Source of the DNA: Bacilli bacterium
GTDB taxonomy: Bacteria > Bacillota_I > Bacilli_A > RFN20 > CAG-826
DNA length: 36,740 nt
Assembly (NCBI GenBank): GCA_040396875.1
Contig: JBBAWZ010000006.1
Span: forward strand, 1,464-38,203
Reading direction: 5' to 3'
The position numbers were made by a program, and so were the translations under genes. The notes under the pieces were generated by a model, which saw only the letters and a list, made by a program, of their open reading frames with translations, was not told where the DNA came from and searched no databases. Below are positions 1-9,452 of the stretch, in pieces. Positions within the stretch are counted from its first letter, which is position 1; each line of letters begins with the position of its first letter.

Positions 1-654
1 GCACCAGTTAAAGCTGTTGAACCTAAAGTTGTTGCGGCAAAACCTGAAGTCAAAAAAGAAACTGCAACCAAAGAAGCACCGGTAAAAACCAAAGCTCAAC
101 CTGCGGTTAAGTTGACCTCACGCTTACAAACCAAATATACAAAAGAAATTCGTCCTTCACTTTTTAAATCTTTGAAATTGGCTTCGATTATGGAAGTCCC
201 AAAAGTGGAAAAAATTGTTGTTAACGTCGGTGTTGGTGATGCTACCGGTAACTCAAAGTTATTAGAAGAATCGGTTAAAGAATTAACTGACATCACGGGT
301 CAAAAGCCTGTGATCACTAAATCCAAAAAATCAATTGCAACCTTTAAGTTAAGAGAAAATCAAGCGATTGGTACGAAGGTCACCCTACGTGGTGTCAAGA
401 TGTATCAATTCTTAGATAAACTTGTTTCCGTTGCACTTCCACGCGTTCGTGACTTCCGCGGCGTTTCTCGTAATAGTTTTGATGGTCGCGGCAATTATAC
501 GTTAGGGATTAAAGAACAACTTATTTTCCCTGAAATTAATTTTGATCGCGTCAACAAGATTCGTGGGATGGACATCGTCATTGTCACCACGGCACAAAAT
601 GATGAGCAAGCTTATGCTTTATTACTAGCATTAGGCATGCCATTTAACCGTTAA
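1..654 (+). CDS. rplE: 50S ribosomal protein L5, 5'-partial, with a low-complexity N-terminal extension
   Basis: L5 motifs ([37 protein letters not shown]). Frame 1 is open from base 1 ([37 protein letters not shown]) and the TTG at 112 has no SD, so the true start is probably upstream of the window. Confidence 0.95.
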   Translation, partial: APVKAVEPKVVAAKPEVKKETATKEAPVKTKAQPAVKLTSRLQTKYTKEIRPSLFKSLKLASIMEVPKVEKIVVNVGVGDATGNSKLLEESVKELTDITGQKPVITKSKKSIATFKLRENQAIGTKVTLRGVKMYQFLDKLVSVALPRVRDFRGVSRNSFDGRGNYTLGIKEQLIFPEINFDRVNKIRGMDIVIVTTAQNDEQAYALLLALGMPFNR

Positions 655-662
655 GGAGCATT

Positions 663-848
663 ATGGCAAAAACTTCGACAAAATTACGTCAATTAAGAAA
701 ACCTAAATTTGCTGTTAGAGCTTACACGCGTTGCCAACGGTGCGGTCGTCCTCGCGCTGTGCTTCAAAAGTTTAAAGTCTGCCGGATTTGTCTCCGGGAA
801 CTCGCCCACCGTGGTGAAATCCCAGGGATGAAAAAGGCAAGTTGGTAA
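663..848 (+). CDS. rpsN: 30S ribosomal protein S14, Zn-binding 61-aa type
   Basis: 61 aa, CQRCGRPR...CRIC; SD AAGGAG upstream. Confidence 0.97.
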   Translation: MAKTSTKLRQLRKPKFAVRAYTRCQRCGRPRAVLQKFKVCRICLRELAHRGEIPGMKKASW

Positions 849-862
849 GGAGGAAAAAAGTT

Positions 863-1261
863 ATGTCATTTACCGATCCAATTGCCGACATGCTTACCAG
901 AATTCGTAACGCTAACTTATTAAAACAAGAAGCGGTGACGATCCCAAGTAGCGGTTTAAAAGTTCGCTTAGCTGCGATTTTAAAAGATGAAGGTTTTATC
1001 AATGGCTTTGAAGTCATTGGTGATGCTAAAAAGCAAATCGTCATCTCACTTAAATATGCAAATAGCGGAACTTTACGCGTTATCAATGGTATTCGCCGTA
1101 TTTCAAAACCAGGCTTACGCGTCACAGCCCCAGTTGATAAATTACCACGGGTCATTCGTGGTTTAGGTGTGGCCATTATTTCCACATCCCAAGGCATCAT
1201 GACCGATGCTAAAGCAAGAGAAAAAGGTTTAGGCGGCGAAGTGCTAGCCTATGTTTGGTAG
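863..1261 (+). CDS. rpsH: 30S ribosomal protein S8
   Basis: [17 protein letters not shown]...ISKPGLR...GGEVLAYVW; start moved to ATG 863 after AGGAGG. Confidence 0.97.
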   Translation: MSFTDPIADMLTRIRNANLLKQEAVTIPSSGLKVRLAAILKDEGFINGFEVIGDAKKQIVISLKYANSGTLRVINGIRRISKPGLRVTAPVDKLPRVIRGLGVAIISTSQGIMTDAKAREKGLGGEVLAYVW

Positions 1262-1272
1262 GAGGATAACGT

Positions 1273-1842
1273 ATGTCACGTGTTGGTAATAAACCGATTA
1301 ATCTTCCTGCGAATGTCAAAATCTCGATCAAAGATTTAAATGTTAATTTTGAAGGTCCTAAAGGTAAATTAACGTTAACCTTGCCTAAAGGTTTCACGTT
1401 AAAACAAGAAGGTACAACGCTTAACTTAGTCCGTCCCAATGATAAAGAAGAAGTTAAAAAAATTCATGGAACAAACCGAGCATTGCTTGCCAATGCTGTC
1501 ACTGGTGTTTCTGTTGGATTTAAAGAAGAACTTGATTTAGTTGGGATTGGTTTCCGTGCTGCGATGAAAGGTGCCAATTTAGAAATGTCGATTGGTTTCT
1601 CTCATCCAGTCGTGGTCACACCTTTACCAGGAGTCAAAGTTATCATTAATGAAAACACCAAGTTATCAATTGAAGGTGTTGATAAACAAGCGGTAGGTGA
1701 AACTGCTGCAACCATTCGTATGCAACGTCCACCTGAACCTTACCAAGGTAAAGGGATTCGTTATAGAGGCGAAAGAATTATCCGCAAAGAAGGTAAGCGT
1801 GCTGCTGCGGCTGCTGCTCCTGCTGGCGGCGCCAAGAAATAG
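1273..1842 (+). CDS. rplF: 50S ribosomal protein L6
   Basis: [28 protein letters not shown]; Ala-rich C-terminal tail. Confidence 0.97.
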   Translation: MSRVGNKPINLPANVKISIKDLNVNFEGPKGKLTLTLPKGFTLKQEGTTLNLVRPNDKEEVKKIHGTNRALLANAVTGVSVGFKEELDLVGIGFRAAMKGANLEMSIGFSHPVVVTPLPGVKVIINENTKLSIEGVDKQAVGETAATIRMQRPPEPYQGKGIRYRGERIIRKEGKRAAAAAAPAGGAKK

Positions 1843-1853
1843 GAGGATGGCAT

Positions 1854-2204
1854 ATGATTAACAAACCATCAAAAAATTCGCAACGGCAATTACGCCACGC
1901 CCGAATTCGCAAAACTCTTTCTGGAACAACCGCACGTCCTCGTTTATCGGTTTATCGTTCAAACACTGGGATTTATGCTCAAGTGATTGACGATAGCAAA
2001 GGTATCACCATCGTTGCTTCTTCTTCGAAAGTTTTAAAAATTGGCAAAACATTAGATGCGGCTAAACAAGTCGGTTCTGATGTTGCCAAGAAAGCTTTAG
2101 CCAAGGGAATCAAAGCAGTTGTTTTTGATCGCTCTGGTTACCTCTATCACGGTCGCATTAAGGCGCTAGCCGATGCAGCACGTGAAGCGGGCTTACAATT
2201 CTAA
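1854..2204 (+). CDS. rplR: 50S ribosomal protein L18
   Basis: [36 protein letters not shown]. Confidence 0.97.
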   Translation: MINKPSKNSQRQLRHARIRKTLSGTTARPRLSVYRSNTGIYAQVIDDSKGITIVASSSKVLKIGKTLDAAKQVGSDVAKKALAKGIKAVVFDRSGYLYHGRIKALADAAREAGLQF

Positions 2205-2214
2205 GGAGAACCCA

Positions 2215-2874
2215 ATGGAAAAAACAGGCATCAAAACTGAAGTTAAACCCACAATTAAAACTGACGTTAAACCAACTATCAAAACTGAAGTCAAACCAAT
2301 GACGCCAGTTACGAATGCTCCACAAGGCAATCGTCCTGCTAACCCAAACGATCGCGGTGGTCCTCGTCGCGATAATCGTGGACCAAGACGTCCTCGTCGG
2401 GATAACGAACCAAAAGAATTTGAAGAAAGAACCGTTGCCATTAAGCGTGTTACCAAAGTTGTCAAAGGTGGTAAGCACATGCGCTTCACTGCTCTTGTTG
2501 TCGTTGGTAATGGTAAAGGAAAATATGGCTTTGCTCATGGTAAAGCTGGTGAAGTTCCTGATGCCATTAAAAAAGCTTTAGAAGCAGCACGTAAAAATAC
2601 AAGCATGATTCAATTCGTTCGCGCTGGCACCATTAACCATGAAGTTCAAGGTCAATGGGGTGCAACCAACGTCTTTTTAAAACCAGCACCAGATGGTACC
2701 GGTATTATTGCTGGTGGACCTGTTCGCGCTATTTTAGAATTAGCGGGATGCAAAAACGTTTATTCTAAAGTTTATGGTTCACGGGCTGCAATCAATATCG
2801 TCCGTGCAACACATGAGGCTTTAAGTCAACTCAAATCAAAGAAAGAATATCTTGCTTTAAGAGGCAAGCTATAG
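2215..2874 (+). CDS. rpsE: 30S ribosomal protein S5 with N-terminal extension
   Basis: RVTKVVKGG, GKAGEVPDAI, PAPDGTGIIAGG; ATG 2215 follows AAGGAG overlapping the rplR stop. Confidence 0.96.
   Translation: MEKTGIKTEVKPTIKTDVKPTIKTEVKPMTPVTNAPQGNRPANPNDRGGPRRDNRGPRRPRRDNEPKEFEERTVAIKRVTKVVKGGKHMRFTALVVVGNGKGKYGFAHGKAGEVPDAIKKALEAARKNTSMIQFVRAGTINHEVQGQWGATNVFLKPAPDGTGIIAGGPVRAILELAGCKNVYSKVYGSRAAINIVRATHEALSQLKSKKEYLALRGKL
2230..2301 (+). repeat. 24-bp in-frame tandem repeat, 3 copies (IKT[E/D]VKP[T/M])
   Basis: atcaaaactgaagttaaacccaca / attaaaactgacgttaaaccaact / atcaaaactgaagtcaaaccaatg. Confidence 0.9.
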
Positions 2875-2887
2875 GAGGATTTTCTCA

Positions 2888-3331
2888 ATGGCTTTACATC
2901 AATTAAAAGCAAATAAAGGTGCGAGAAAAAAACGCACGATATGGGGTCGTGGGATCGGTTCTGGTTTAGGAAAAACTTCTGGGCGTGGGATTCTTGGTCA
3001 AGGTTCGCGTTCTGGTGGATCCGTCCGTCCAGGATTCGAAGGTGGACAAAACCCACTCTATCGCCGTATTCCAAAAAGAGGATTCAAAAACTACACCACG
3101 CTTCGTTATGATGTTGTTAATGTTGGCGATTTAAGTCAATTCAAAGATGGAACTGAAGTCAACCCAACCATGTTGATTGAAAAAGGCTTAGTGAAAAGCA
3201 AAGCCCGAGCGATTAAAATTTTAGGCACGGGTAAATTAGACAAAAAATTAAAAGTCCTTGCCCACCATTTTTCTGAATCAGCATTAAAAGCAATCACAGA
3301 AGCTGGCGGTACCACTGAGGTAATTAAATAA
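2888..3331 (+). CDS. rplO: 50S ribosomal protein L15
   Basis: GRGIGSGLGKTSGRG, GFEGGQNPLYRRIPKRGF. Confidence 0.97.
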   Translation: MALHQLKANKGARKKRTIWGRGIGSGLGKTSGRGILGQGSRSGGSVRPGFEGGQNPLYRRIPKRGFKNYTTLRYDVVNVGDLSQFKDGTEVNPTMLIEKGLVKSKARAIKILGTGKLDKKLKVLAHHFSESALKAITEAGGTTEVIK

Positions 3332-4689
3332 TGAAAAAAATTGCTGCCATCTTTACAAACAAAGAAATCGTCAATCGCATCTTTTTCGTGGTGATGATTT
3401 TATTCGTGTTTCGCATTGGGGCTGCAATTACCGTTCCTGGAGTCACGGTGCAAGATGTTGATTTCCAAACCAATAATGCTTTATCACTTCTCAATTTATT
3501 AGGTGGTGGCGCGTTACAAAGTTTCTCCGTATTTGCTTTAGGTGTCTCACCTTACATCACCAGTAGCATCATCGTGCAATTGTTAGGAATGGATGTCCTA
3601 CCTGCTTTAACAGAATTAAGTAAGCAAGGTCAATCTGGCCGAAAGAAAATGGAAATGACCACGCGTTATTTAACCCTTTTGCTCGGTGCAGTTCAAGCTT
3701 ATGGTATTGTCAGAACGATGGAAACATCGTCTTTTATCACCTTAAATGACACGTCATTCTGGAGTTATGCTTACATCGTCACCGTCTTAATGGCCGGTGG
3801 CATGTTAGTGATGTGGCTTGGTGATCAAATCACCTCGAAAGGTATCGGTAACGGTATTTCGATGATCATCTTTGCTGGTATTGTTCGTAGTTTACCTTTA
3901 CAAATTGAAGGAGCCTATAACAATTGGGTCTTATTAACCTTAGGGTTAGATGTCACGGTGTTATTACAAGGCATTTTCCAATTTGCGATTTATGTTCTTT
4001 CCTTTATTTTAATTATTGCTTTTGTTACCTTTATCGAATCGAGCAAACGCAAAATACCAGTTCAAAATGCTGGTAAATCCGGATCTGCTCAATATGCAAA
4101 AGCAAGTTTCTTACCGATGAAGATCAACTCCGCTGGTGTGATTCCAGTAATCTTCGCTTCCTCGATTATGTTGGCACCCAGTGTCATTGTTAGTTTTATC
4201 ACAGGTGCGAATCCCAATGCGGAATGGCTCAAGATTTTTGATTCATCTGCAACGGTGACCATGCCTTGGTTCAATGATCAAACCTTCCAATTCCCTTGGG
4301 GATTGGTGATTTATTTATTTTTAACGGTGGTCTTCACGTTCTTTTATTCTAATTTACAAATTAATCCGCAACGTCTTGCTGAAAACTTCCAACAAAATGG
4401 TTCTTATATTCCTGGCATTCGTCCGGGTGTTGAAACCGAACGTTATGTGACCAAGGTTTTAAATAGAATCACTGTATTAGGTGCAGCCTCATTAGCGTTT
4501 ATTGCCGCACTTCCTATCGTACTTGTGCTGTTAAATATTGTCCCTGATCAATCTTTAGCATTAGGTGGTACAGGTTTGATCATCGTTGTCGGTGTGGCTT
4601 TAGAAGTGAATAACCAAATGGATGGTTTACTTGCGGGTAAATCCTATGAAGAAGTCTTAGCATCAGGTGGAAGAAATAAAAATGATTAA
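3331..4689 (+). CDS. secY: Preprotein translocase SecY
   Basis: FALGVSPYITSSI, GIGNGIS, AGVIPVIFASS, IPGIRPG; multiple hydrophobic segments; TAATG overlap with rplO. Confidence 0.97.
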   Translation: MKKIAAIFTNKEIVNRIFFVVMILFVFRIGAAITVPGVTVQDVDFQTNNALSLLNLLGGGALQSFSVFALGVSPYITSSIIVQLLGMDVLPALTELSKQGQSGRKKMEMTTRYLTLLLGAVQAYGIVRTMETSSFITLNDTSFWSYAYIVTVLMAGGMLVMWLGDQITSKGIGNGISMIIFAGIVRSLPLQIEGAYNNWVLLTLGLDVTVLLQGIFQFAIYVLSFILIIAFVTFIESSKRKIPVQNAGKSGSAQYAKASFLPMKINSAGVIPVIFASSIMLAPSVIVSFITGANPNAEWLKIFDSSATVTMPWFNDQTFQFPWGLVIYLFLTVVFTFFYSNLQINPQRLAENFQQNGSYIPGIRPGVETERYVTKVLNRITVLGAASLAFIAALPIVLVLLNIVPDQSLALGGTGLIIVVGVALEVNNQMDGLLAGKSYEEVLASGGRNKND

Positions 4690-5335
4690 TGCAATCTTAT
4701 TAGGACCACCAGGCGCAGGAAAAGGTTCGGTTGCAAAATTAATTGCAGACCAATACAACATCCCTCATATTTCAACCGGTGATATGTTTCGCGAAGCGAT
4801 GGCCCAAGGCACCGCGGTTGGTAAACTCGCAGCAACCTTCATCAATGCAGGTAAATTAGTTCCCGATGATGTCACGATTGCCTTAGTCAAAGAACGTCTT
4901 CAAGCCCCGGACTGCAAAAAGGGATTTATGTTCGATGGATTTCCTCGGACCCTTCCGCAAGCAGAAGCGTTACAAACCTTACTGATTTCAATCAAACGTC
5001 CTATCAACACGGTGATGGAGTTTGATTGTGAACGAAAAGAATTGATTCGTCGGATTACGGGTCGACGTGTTTGCAAAGTATGTGGCACGCCTTACCATGT
5101 TGATACGATGAAACCGAAAGTTGAAGGCATATGTGATCGCGATGGCGGTCCGTTGATTCAACGCAAAGACGACAACCTCGAAGCCTTAACCGTGCGATTA
5201 AAGGCCTATGAGGAACAAACCTTTCCATTAATCGGCTTTTATAAAGCCAAAGGGTTATTAACCCCATTTGATGGCGCGAAGCAAACGAAGGATTTATTCA
5301 AAGACGTCAAGAAATTTCTTGACCGCTTGAAATGA
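4682..5335 (+). CDS. adk: Adenylate kinase with Zn-binding lid
   Basis: GPPGAGKG P-loop, HISTGDMFR, DGFPRT, lid CKVC-x16-CDRD; ATG at 4682 overlaps the end of secY. Confidence 0.96.
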   Translation: MINAILLGPPGAGKGSVAKLIADQYNIPHISTGDMFREAMAQGTAVGKLAATFINAGKLVPDDVTIALVKERLQAPDCKKGFMFDGFPRTLPQAEALQTLLISIKRPINTVMEFDCERKELIRRITGRRVCKVCGTPYHVDTMKPKVEGICDRDGGPLIQRKDDNLEALTVRLKAYEEQTFPLIGFYKAKGLLTPFDGAKQTKDLFKDVKKFLDRLK

Positions 5336-6093
5336 TCATCGTTAAATCTCCGCGAGAAGTCACCATGATGCGTGAAGCTGGACGCATGGTGGCGAAGACG
5401 TTACGACATCTCGAAAGCCTCGTTCAAGTTGGTGTGACAACCCAACAGCTCAACGATGCGGCCGAAAAGATGATTACCAGTTTCGGAGCCAAAGCCTCTT
5501 TCAAAGGATATGGTGGATATCCAGCCAGTATTTGTACCTCTGTCAACGATACGCTGATTCATGGCATTCCTTCTAAAAAAGAAGTGCTAAAGAACGGCGA
5601 TATCATCAAAATTGACATTGGCATTCAATACAATGGATACCATGCGGATGCAGCAAGAACGTATTGGGTTGGGAATGTAGACAACTCGGTCAAAAAACTT
5701 GTTGAAGTCACCACCGCGAGTTTCTTTGAAGCGTTCAAGGTGATTCGTCCAGGTGTGTATGTCGGTGATCTATCCCATACGATTCAAACGTATGTGGAAA
5801 AACACGGATACAGCTTACCTGAGGATTACACTGGACATGGAGTCGGACAAAACCTCCATGAGGACCCGCAGATTCCTAACTTCGGGCGGCCAAAGACAGG
5901 ACCGATACTTAAAGCAGGAATGACGCTTGCCATTGAACCGATGGTGAATCTTGGTAAAAAAGATACTAAGGTGCTCGCGGATGAATGGACCGTCAAGACG
6001 AAAGATGGCACATGGTGCGCTCATTATGAGAACACAATTGTCGTCACAGCAACGGGTGCAGAAATTCTCACCCTAGAAGATCAAGGAGGATAG
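5332..6093 (+). CDS. map: Methionine aminopeptidase type I
   Basis: HGIP, DIG..GYHAD, GHGVG..LHEDP, AIEPM, AHYENT; ATGA overlap with adk. Confidence 0.97.
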   Translation: MIIVKSPREVTMMREAGRMVAKTLRHLESLVQVGVTTQQLNDAAEKMITSFGAKASFKGYGGYPASICTSVNDTLIHGIPSKKEVLKNGDIIKIDIGIQYNGYHADAARTYWVGNVDNSVKKLVEVTTASFFEAFKVIRPGVYVGDLSHTIQTYVEKHGYSLPEDYTGHGVGQNLHEDPQIPNFGRPKTGPILKAGMTLAIEPMVNLGKKDTKVLADEWTVKTKDGTWCAHYENTIVVTATGAEILTLEDQGG

Positions 6094-6098
6094 ACAGC

Positions 6099-6317
6099 AT
6101 GAGTAAAGAAGATGTCATCTCCCTCGAGGCCACCGTCCTCGAAACCTTACCGAACACATCGTTCAAGGTTAAATTAGAAAACGGTTCAGTGATTCTGGCT
6201 CACGTTTCTGGTAAAATCCGTATGCACTACATTCGCATTTTACCAGGCGATAAAGTCACGGTTGAAATGTCCCCGTATGACCTAACACGCGGCCGCATCA
6301 CCTATCGTCACAAATAG
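6099..6317 (+). CDS. infA: Translation initiation factor IF-1
   Basis: 72 aa, [29 protein letters not shown]. Confidence 0.98.
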   Translation: MSKEDVISLEATVLETLPNTSFKVKLENGSVILAHVSGKIRMHYIRILPGDKVTVEMSPYDLTRGRITYRHK

Positions 6318-6332
6318 TGACAAGGAGAAACT

Positions 6333-6446
6333 ATGAAAGTAAGACCATCCGTTAAGCCGATTTGCGACAAATGTAAAGTCATCAAGCGTCATGGACGCGT
6401 GATGGTGCTTTGCGAAAACCCAAAGCATAAACAACGCCAAGGATAA
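6333..6446 (+). CDS. rpmJ: 50S ribosomal protein L36, Zn-binding
   Basis: Not in the ORF track; hand-translated as [37 protein letters not shown]; SD AAGGAG. Confidence 0.97.
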   Translation: MKVRPSVKPICDKCKVIKRHGRVMVLCENPKHKQRQG

Positions 6447-6455
6447 GGAGCACAT

Positions 6456-6833
6456 ATGGCACGTATTGTAGGTGTAGATATTCCAAATGAAAAGCGCGTC
6501 GTGATTTCACTGATGTACATTTTTGGCATCGGTAAACCACTCTCGCAAAAGATTTTGAAGGATGCAAAAGTTGATGAAAGTGTTCGTGTTAAAGATTTAA
6601 CTGAAGATCAACTTGTTGCCATTCGTACTCAAGTAGCCAAGTATAAAGTTGAAGGTGATTTACGTCGTGAAATCTCACTTAACATTAAACGGTTACAAGA
6701 AATCGGTACCTATCGTGGTTCCCGTCACCGTAAAGGCATGCCAGTTCGTGGTCAACGTACCCGAACCAATGCCCGTACGCGCAAAGGACCAAGAAAGACC
6801 ATTGCCAATAAGAAAGAAGCCGTACAAGGTTAA
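6456..6833 (+). CDS. rpsM: 30S ribosomal protein S13
   Basis: [32 protein letters not shown]. Confidence 0.98.
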   Translation: MARIVGVDIPNEKRVVISLMYIFGIGKPLSQKILKDAKVDESVRVKDLTEDQLVAIRTQVAKYKVEGDLRREISLNIKRLQEIGTYRGSRHRKGMPVRGQRTRTNARTRKGPRKTIANKKEAVQG

Positions 6834-6845
6834 AGGAGAACTGAC

Positions 6846-7292
6846 ATGGCCAACGAAAACAAAAAGCCAACTGCGCCTGCTGCAGCTGCAACCAGTCCAA
6901 CTGGTGCGCCTGCAAAAGCGCCTAGAAAAAAGAAAGTTAAGCGTGCATTTACCAAGGCAATTGCCCATATTCATGCCACGTTTAACAATACAATTGTGAC
7001 CATCACCGATGAACAAGGGAATGCAATTGCCTGGAGTTCTGCTGGTGCATTAGGTTATAAAGGAGCAAGAAAAGCCACACCATTCGCCGCACAAGTTGCT
7101 GGTGAAGCCTGTGCTAAAGCTGCTTTAGAACAAGGGATCAAACAAGTTGATGTGAATGTTAAAGGTCCAGGTCCTGGTCGTGAATCTGCAGTGCGTTCAC
7201 TCGCTGCTGCTGGTTTACAAATCACGATGCTAACGGATACAACACCAGTTCCACATAACGGTTGCCGTCCACCTAAACGCCCACGCGGTTAA
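6846..7292 (+). CDS. rpsK: 30S ribosomal protein S11
   Basis: [30 protein letters not shown]; Ala/Pro-rich N-terminus. Confidence 0.97.
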   Translation: MANENKKPTAPAAAATSPTGAPAKAPRKKKVKRAFTKAIAHIHATFNNTIVTITDEQGNAIAWSSAGALGYKGARKATPFAAQVAGEACAKAALEQGIKQVDVNVKGPGPGRESAVRSLAAAGLQITMLTDTTPVPHNGCRPPKRPRG

Positions 7293-7323
7293 GCAGACTT
7301 GATCATTGGAGGATCACAAACAT

Positions 7324-8292
7324 ATGGCAAATATTGCACGTCCATTCGAAAAACCACGCTTTACGAAAAAGTTGTTTGATTCAACTCATCACTATGGTCG
7401 TTTCGTTTTAGAACCACTAGAAAGAGGATTTGGATTAACGCTCGGTAACGCATTGCGTCGTGTTTTACTCGCTTCTTTACCAGGTGCATCTGTCTACGCA
7501 ATTGAAATTGAAGGCGCTCGTCATGAGTTTTCTTCATTAGAAGGCGTGCTTGAAGATGTCACGGCTATTGTTTTAAGTCTTAAGAATTTAGTGTTAAAGA
7601 TTGATGCCGAAGGCACCGATTCAAAAACCATCGAGCTTGATATCAAAGGTGAAAAAACTGTCACTGCTGGTGATTTAATTCTTCCAGGTGGTGTGCAAGT
7701 GATGAATCCAGAATTGGTCATTGCTCACGTCACGTCTAAAGGGGTATTAAAAGGGAAATTCTACGTCCGTAATGGTCGTGGTTATGTCACCTCAGAAGGT
7801 AATAAGGCAAACCGTTACAATACGCGCTTAGGTTTAATTGCAACGGATTCAAATTATTCTCCTGTTACCAAAGTTTCTTATACCGTGGATCCAACCCGTG
7901 TTGGTAACGATGCACGTTATGACAAATTAACGTTAGAAATTTGGACCAATGGTTCTTTAACGCCACAAGCGGCTTTAACCTTCGCAACCCAAATTTTAAT
8001 GGCTCATTTCCAAGGTTTCTTAGAATTAGAAGACACCACAACGGATGTCAATATTATGAAAGAACCCACCCTTGAACCAGAAGACAAGTTCTCAAATATG
8101 ACGATTGTGGATTTAGATTTATCGGTTCGTTCCTATAACTGCTTACGCCGTGCAGGAATTGAAACCGTTTATGAATTAACCCAAAAGTCAGAAGAAGAAA
8201 TGATGAAAGTACGCAACCTCGGTAAGAAATCCTTAAAAGAAGTCAAAGAAAAACTTCTGGCGCATGGATTAAAATTCCGGGATGCAGAATAA
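7324..8292 (+). CDS. rpoA: RNA polymerase alpha subunit
   Basis: EPLERGFGLTLGNALRRVLL, HEFS, LSVRSYNCL, RNLGKKSL; ATG 7324 lies downstream of GGAGGA. Confidence 0.96.
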   Translation: MANIARPFEKPRFTKKLFDSTHHYGRFVLEPLERGFGLTLGNALRRVLLASLPGASVYAIEIEGARHEFSSLEGVLEDVTAIVLSLKNLVLKIDAEGTDSKTIELDIKGEKTVTAGDLILPGGVQVMNPELVIAHVTSKGVLKGKFYVRNGRGYVTSEGNKANRYNTRLGLIATDSNYSPVTKVSYTVDPTRVGNDARYDKLTLEIWTNGSLTPQAALTFATQILMAHFQGFLELEDTTTDVNIMKEPTLEPEDKFSNMTIVDLDLSVRSYNCLRRAGIETVYELTQKSEEEMMKVRNLGKKSLKEVKEKLLAHGLKFRDAE

Positions 8293-8302
8293 GGAGTAAC
8301 CT

Positions 8303-8707
8303 ATGCCAACCCAAGGTAGAGATAATGTACACGGTAAAGGTGGGATGCGATTTAAGGCCCCGTTTACCAAAAGTAAGTATGACAATCAATTACGTAATTT
8401 AGTGTCCACCTTAATCACAGATGAAAGAGTCATCGTCACCGGACAAATGGCCCAAGGGCTTGTCGTCCTTGCCGATCGTTTGATCACCTATGCGAAAAAA
8501 GGTGATTTACACCACCGCCGTTTAGCCGCAAGTGTGGTTCGTCAATATATTGCGGACGAAGCGAATGGTGTGCTTGCATTGAATAAACTTTTCTCTGAAT
8601 TAGGTCCTCGTTATGCAACCCGCAAAGGTGGCTATACTCGGAAGCTAAAAATGGCCCCTCGACTTGGTGATAACGCCAAACGCGTCTTGGTGGAATTCGT
8701 TAAGTAA
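8303..8707 (+). CDS. rplQ: 50S ribosomal protein L17, divergent N-terminus
   Basis: Position after rpoA; LITYAKKGDLHHRRLA, KLFSELGPRY..RKGGYTR, RLGDNA. Confidence 0.9.
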   Translation: MPTQGRDNVHGKGGMRFKAPFTKSKYDNQLRNLVSTLITDERVIVTGQMAQGLVVLADRLITYAKKGDLHHRRLAASVVRQYIADEANGVLALNKLFSELGPRYATRKGGYTRKLKMAPRLGDNAKRVLVEFVK

Positions 8708-8713
8708 GAATTG

Positions 8714-8739
8714 AAACCTTGGGCAACCAAGGTTTTTTT
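8714..8739 (+). terminator. Intrinsic terminator of the spc-alpha operon
   Basis: aaaccttgg-gcaa-ccaaggttt followed by a T tract. Confidence 0.85.
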
Positions 8740-8742
8740 ATC

Positions 8743-9414
8743 ATGATTAAACATTGGATATTTGACCTTGATGGTACCTTACTTGATACCGCTCCTGATC
8801 TTGCTCGCGCTATTCAGGATACGCTTTTAGCGTTTAAACTTCCCTCCGTTACATTGGAAGAAACCAAAACGTTTATCGGCGGAGGCGCTAGACAATTTGT
8901 CAAAGCGGCGTTAAAAGGTAAAGGTGAAGATCCCGAATTTTTTGAAAGATTCTACACCGCATATATGGTGCGTTATGAAGCGTATCAACTTGCAAATGCG
9001 CGAATCTATCCTGGAATAAAGGACGTCTTAACTTACATTCAAAAAGAAAAGATACAAGCGTATGTTTTTTCCAATAAACCTCATCATTTAACCGTTCAAT
9101 TAATTCAGCACGTCTTTCCAAATATGTTTAAAGGTGTTCATGGTCATATCCCAGGAACGCTACCAAAACCTGATCGAACGATGTTTGATCAATTTGCCAA
9201 AGTTCACAAGATTAATTTAAAGGAAGCGGTGATGATTGGCGATGCACCACCTGACATTTTGTTTGGCAAACAACTGGGTATTCCAATTATCGCTTTGAGT
9301 TATGGTTACACCGATGTGAAGGTTCTAAAAGAGCATCAGCCTGATATCTTGATTCCAACAGCCTTTGAGATTATTCCTTCGATTCAAACATTAGAAAAGA
9401 GACGATTAAAGTAG
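8743..9414 (+). CDS. HAD-superfamily phosphatase (phosphoglycolate phosphatase-like)
   Basis: FDLDGTLLD motif I, SNK motif II, KP and MIGD...D motifs III/IV; ATG 8743 preferred over TTG 8719, which lies inside the terminator. Confidence 0.85.
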   Translation: MIKHWIFDLDGTLLDTAPDLARAIQDTLLAFKLPSVTLEETKTFIGGGARQFVKAALKGKGEDPEFFERFYTAYMVRYEAYQLANARIYPGIKDVLTYIQKEKIQAYVFSNKPHHLTVQLIQHVFPNMFKGVHGHIPGTLPKPDRTMFDQFAKVHKINLKEAVMIGDAPPDILFGKQLGIPIIALSYGYTDVKVLKEHQPDILIPTAFEIIPSIQTLEKRRLK

Positions 9415-9422
9415 GCTCCATC

Positions 9423-9452
9423 AACGATCGGCATCATCACGATCGTTTTTTT
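9423..9452 (+). terminator. Intrinsic terminator after the HAD gene, at the convergent junction with crtM
   Basis: aacgatcg-gcatcatca-cgatcgtt followed by a T tract. Confidence 0.6.

Noticed and set aside
2230-2301. Tandem repeat as a possible CRISPR array
   Set aside because: It has no spacers, is an in-frame coding repeat, and no cas genes are present.
4900-6320. adk-map-infA looks slightly more GC-rich than its flanks
   Set aside because: Impression only and not computed; gene order is canonical, so there is no support for horizontal transfer.
7293-7323. No rpsD between rpsK and rpoA
   Set aside because: This is the standard arrangement in Bacilli, where rpsD lies elsewhere.
842-8742. 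Longer ORF-track starts for rpsH, rpsE, adk, rpoA and the HAD gene
   Set aside because: They overlap upstream genes, SD sites or a terminator; downstream ATGs fit SD spacing or homology better.
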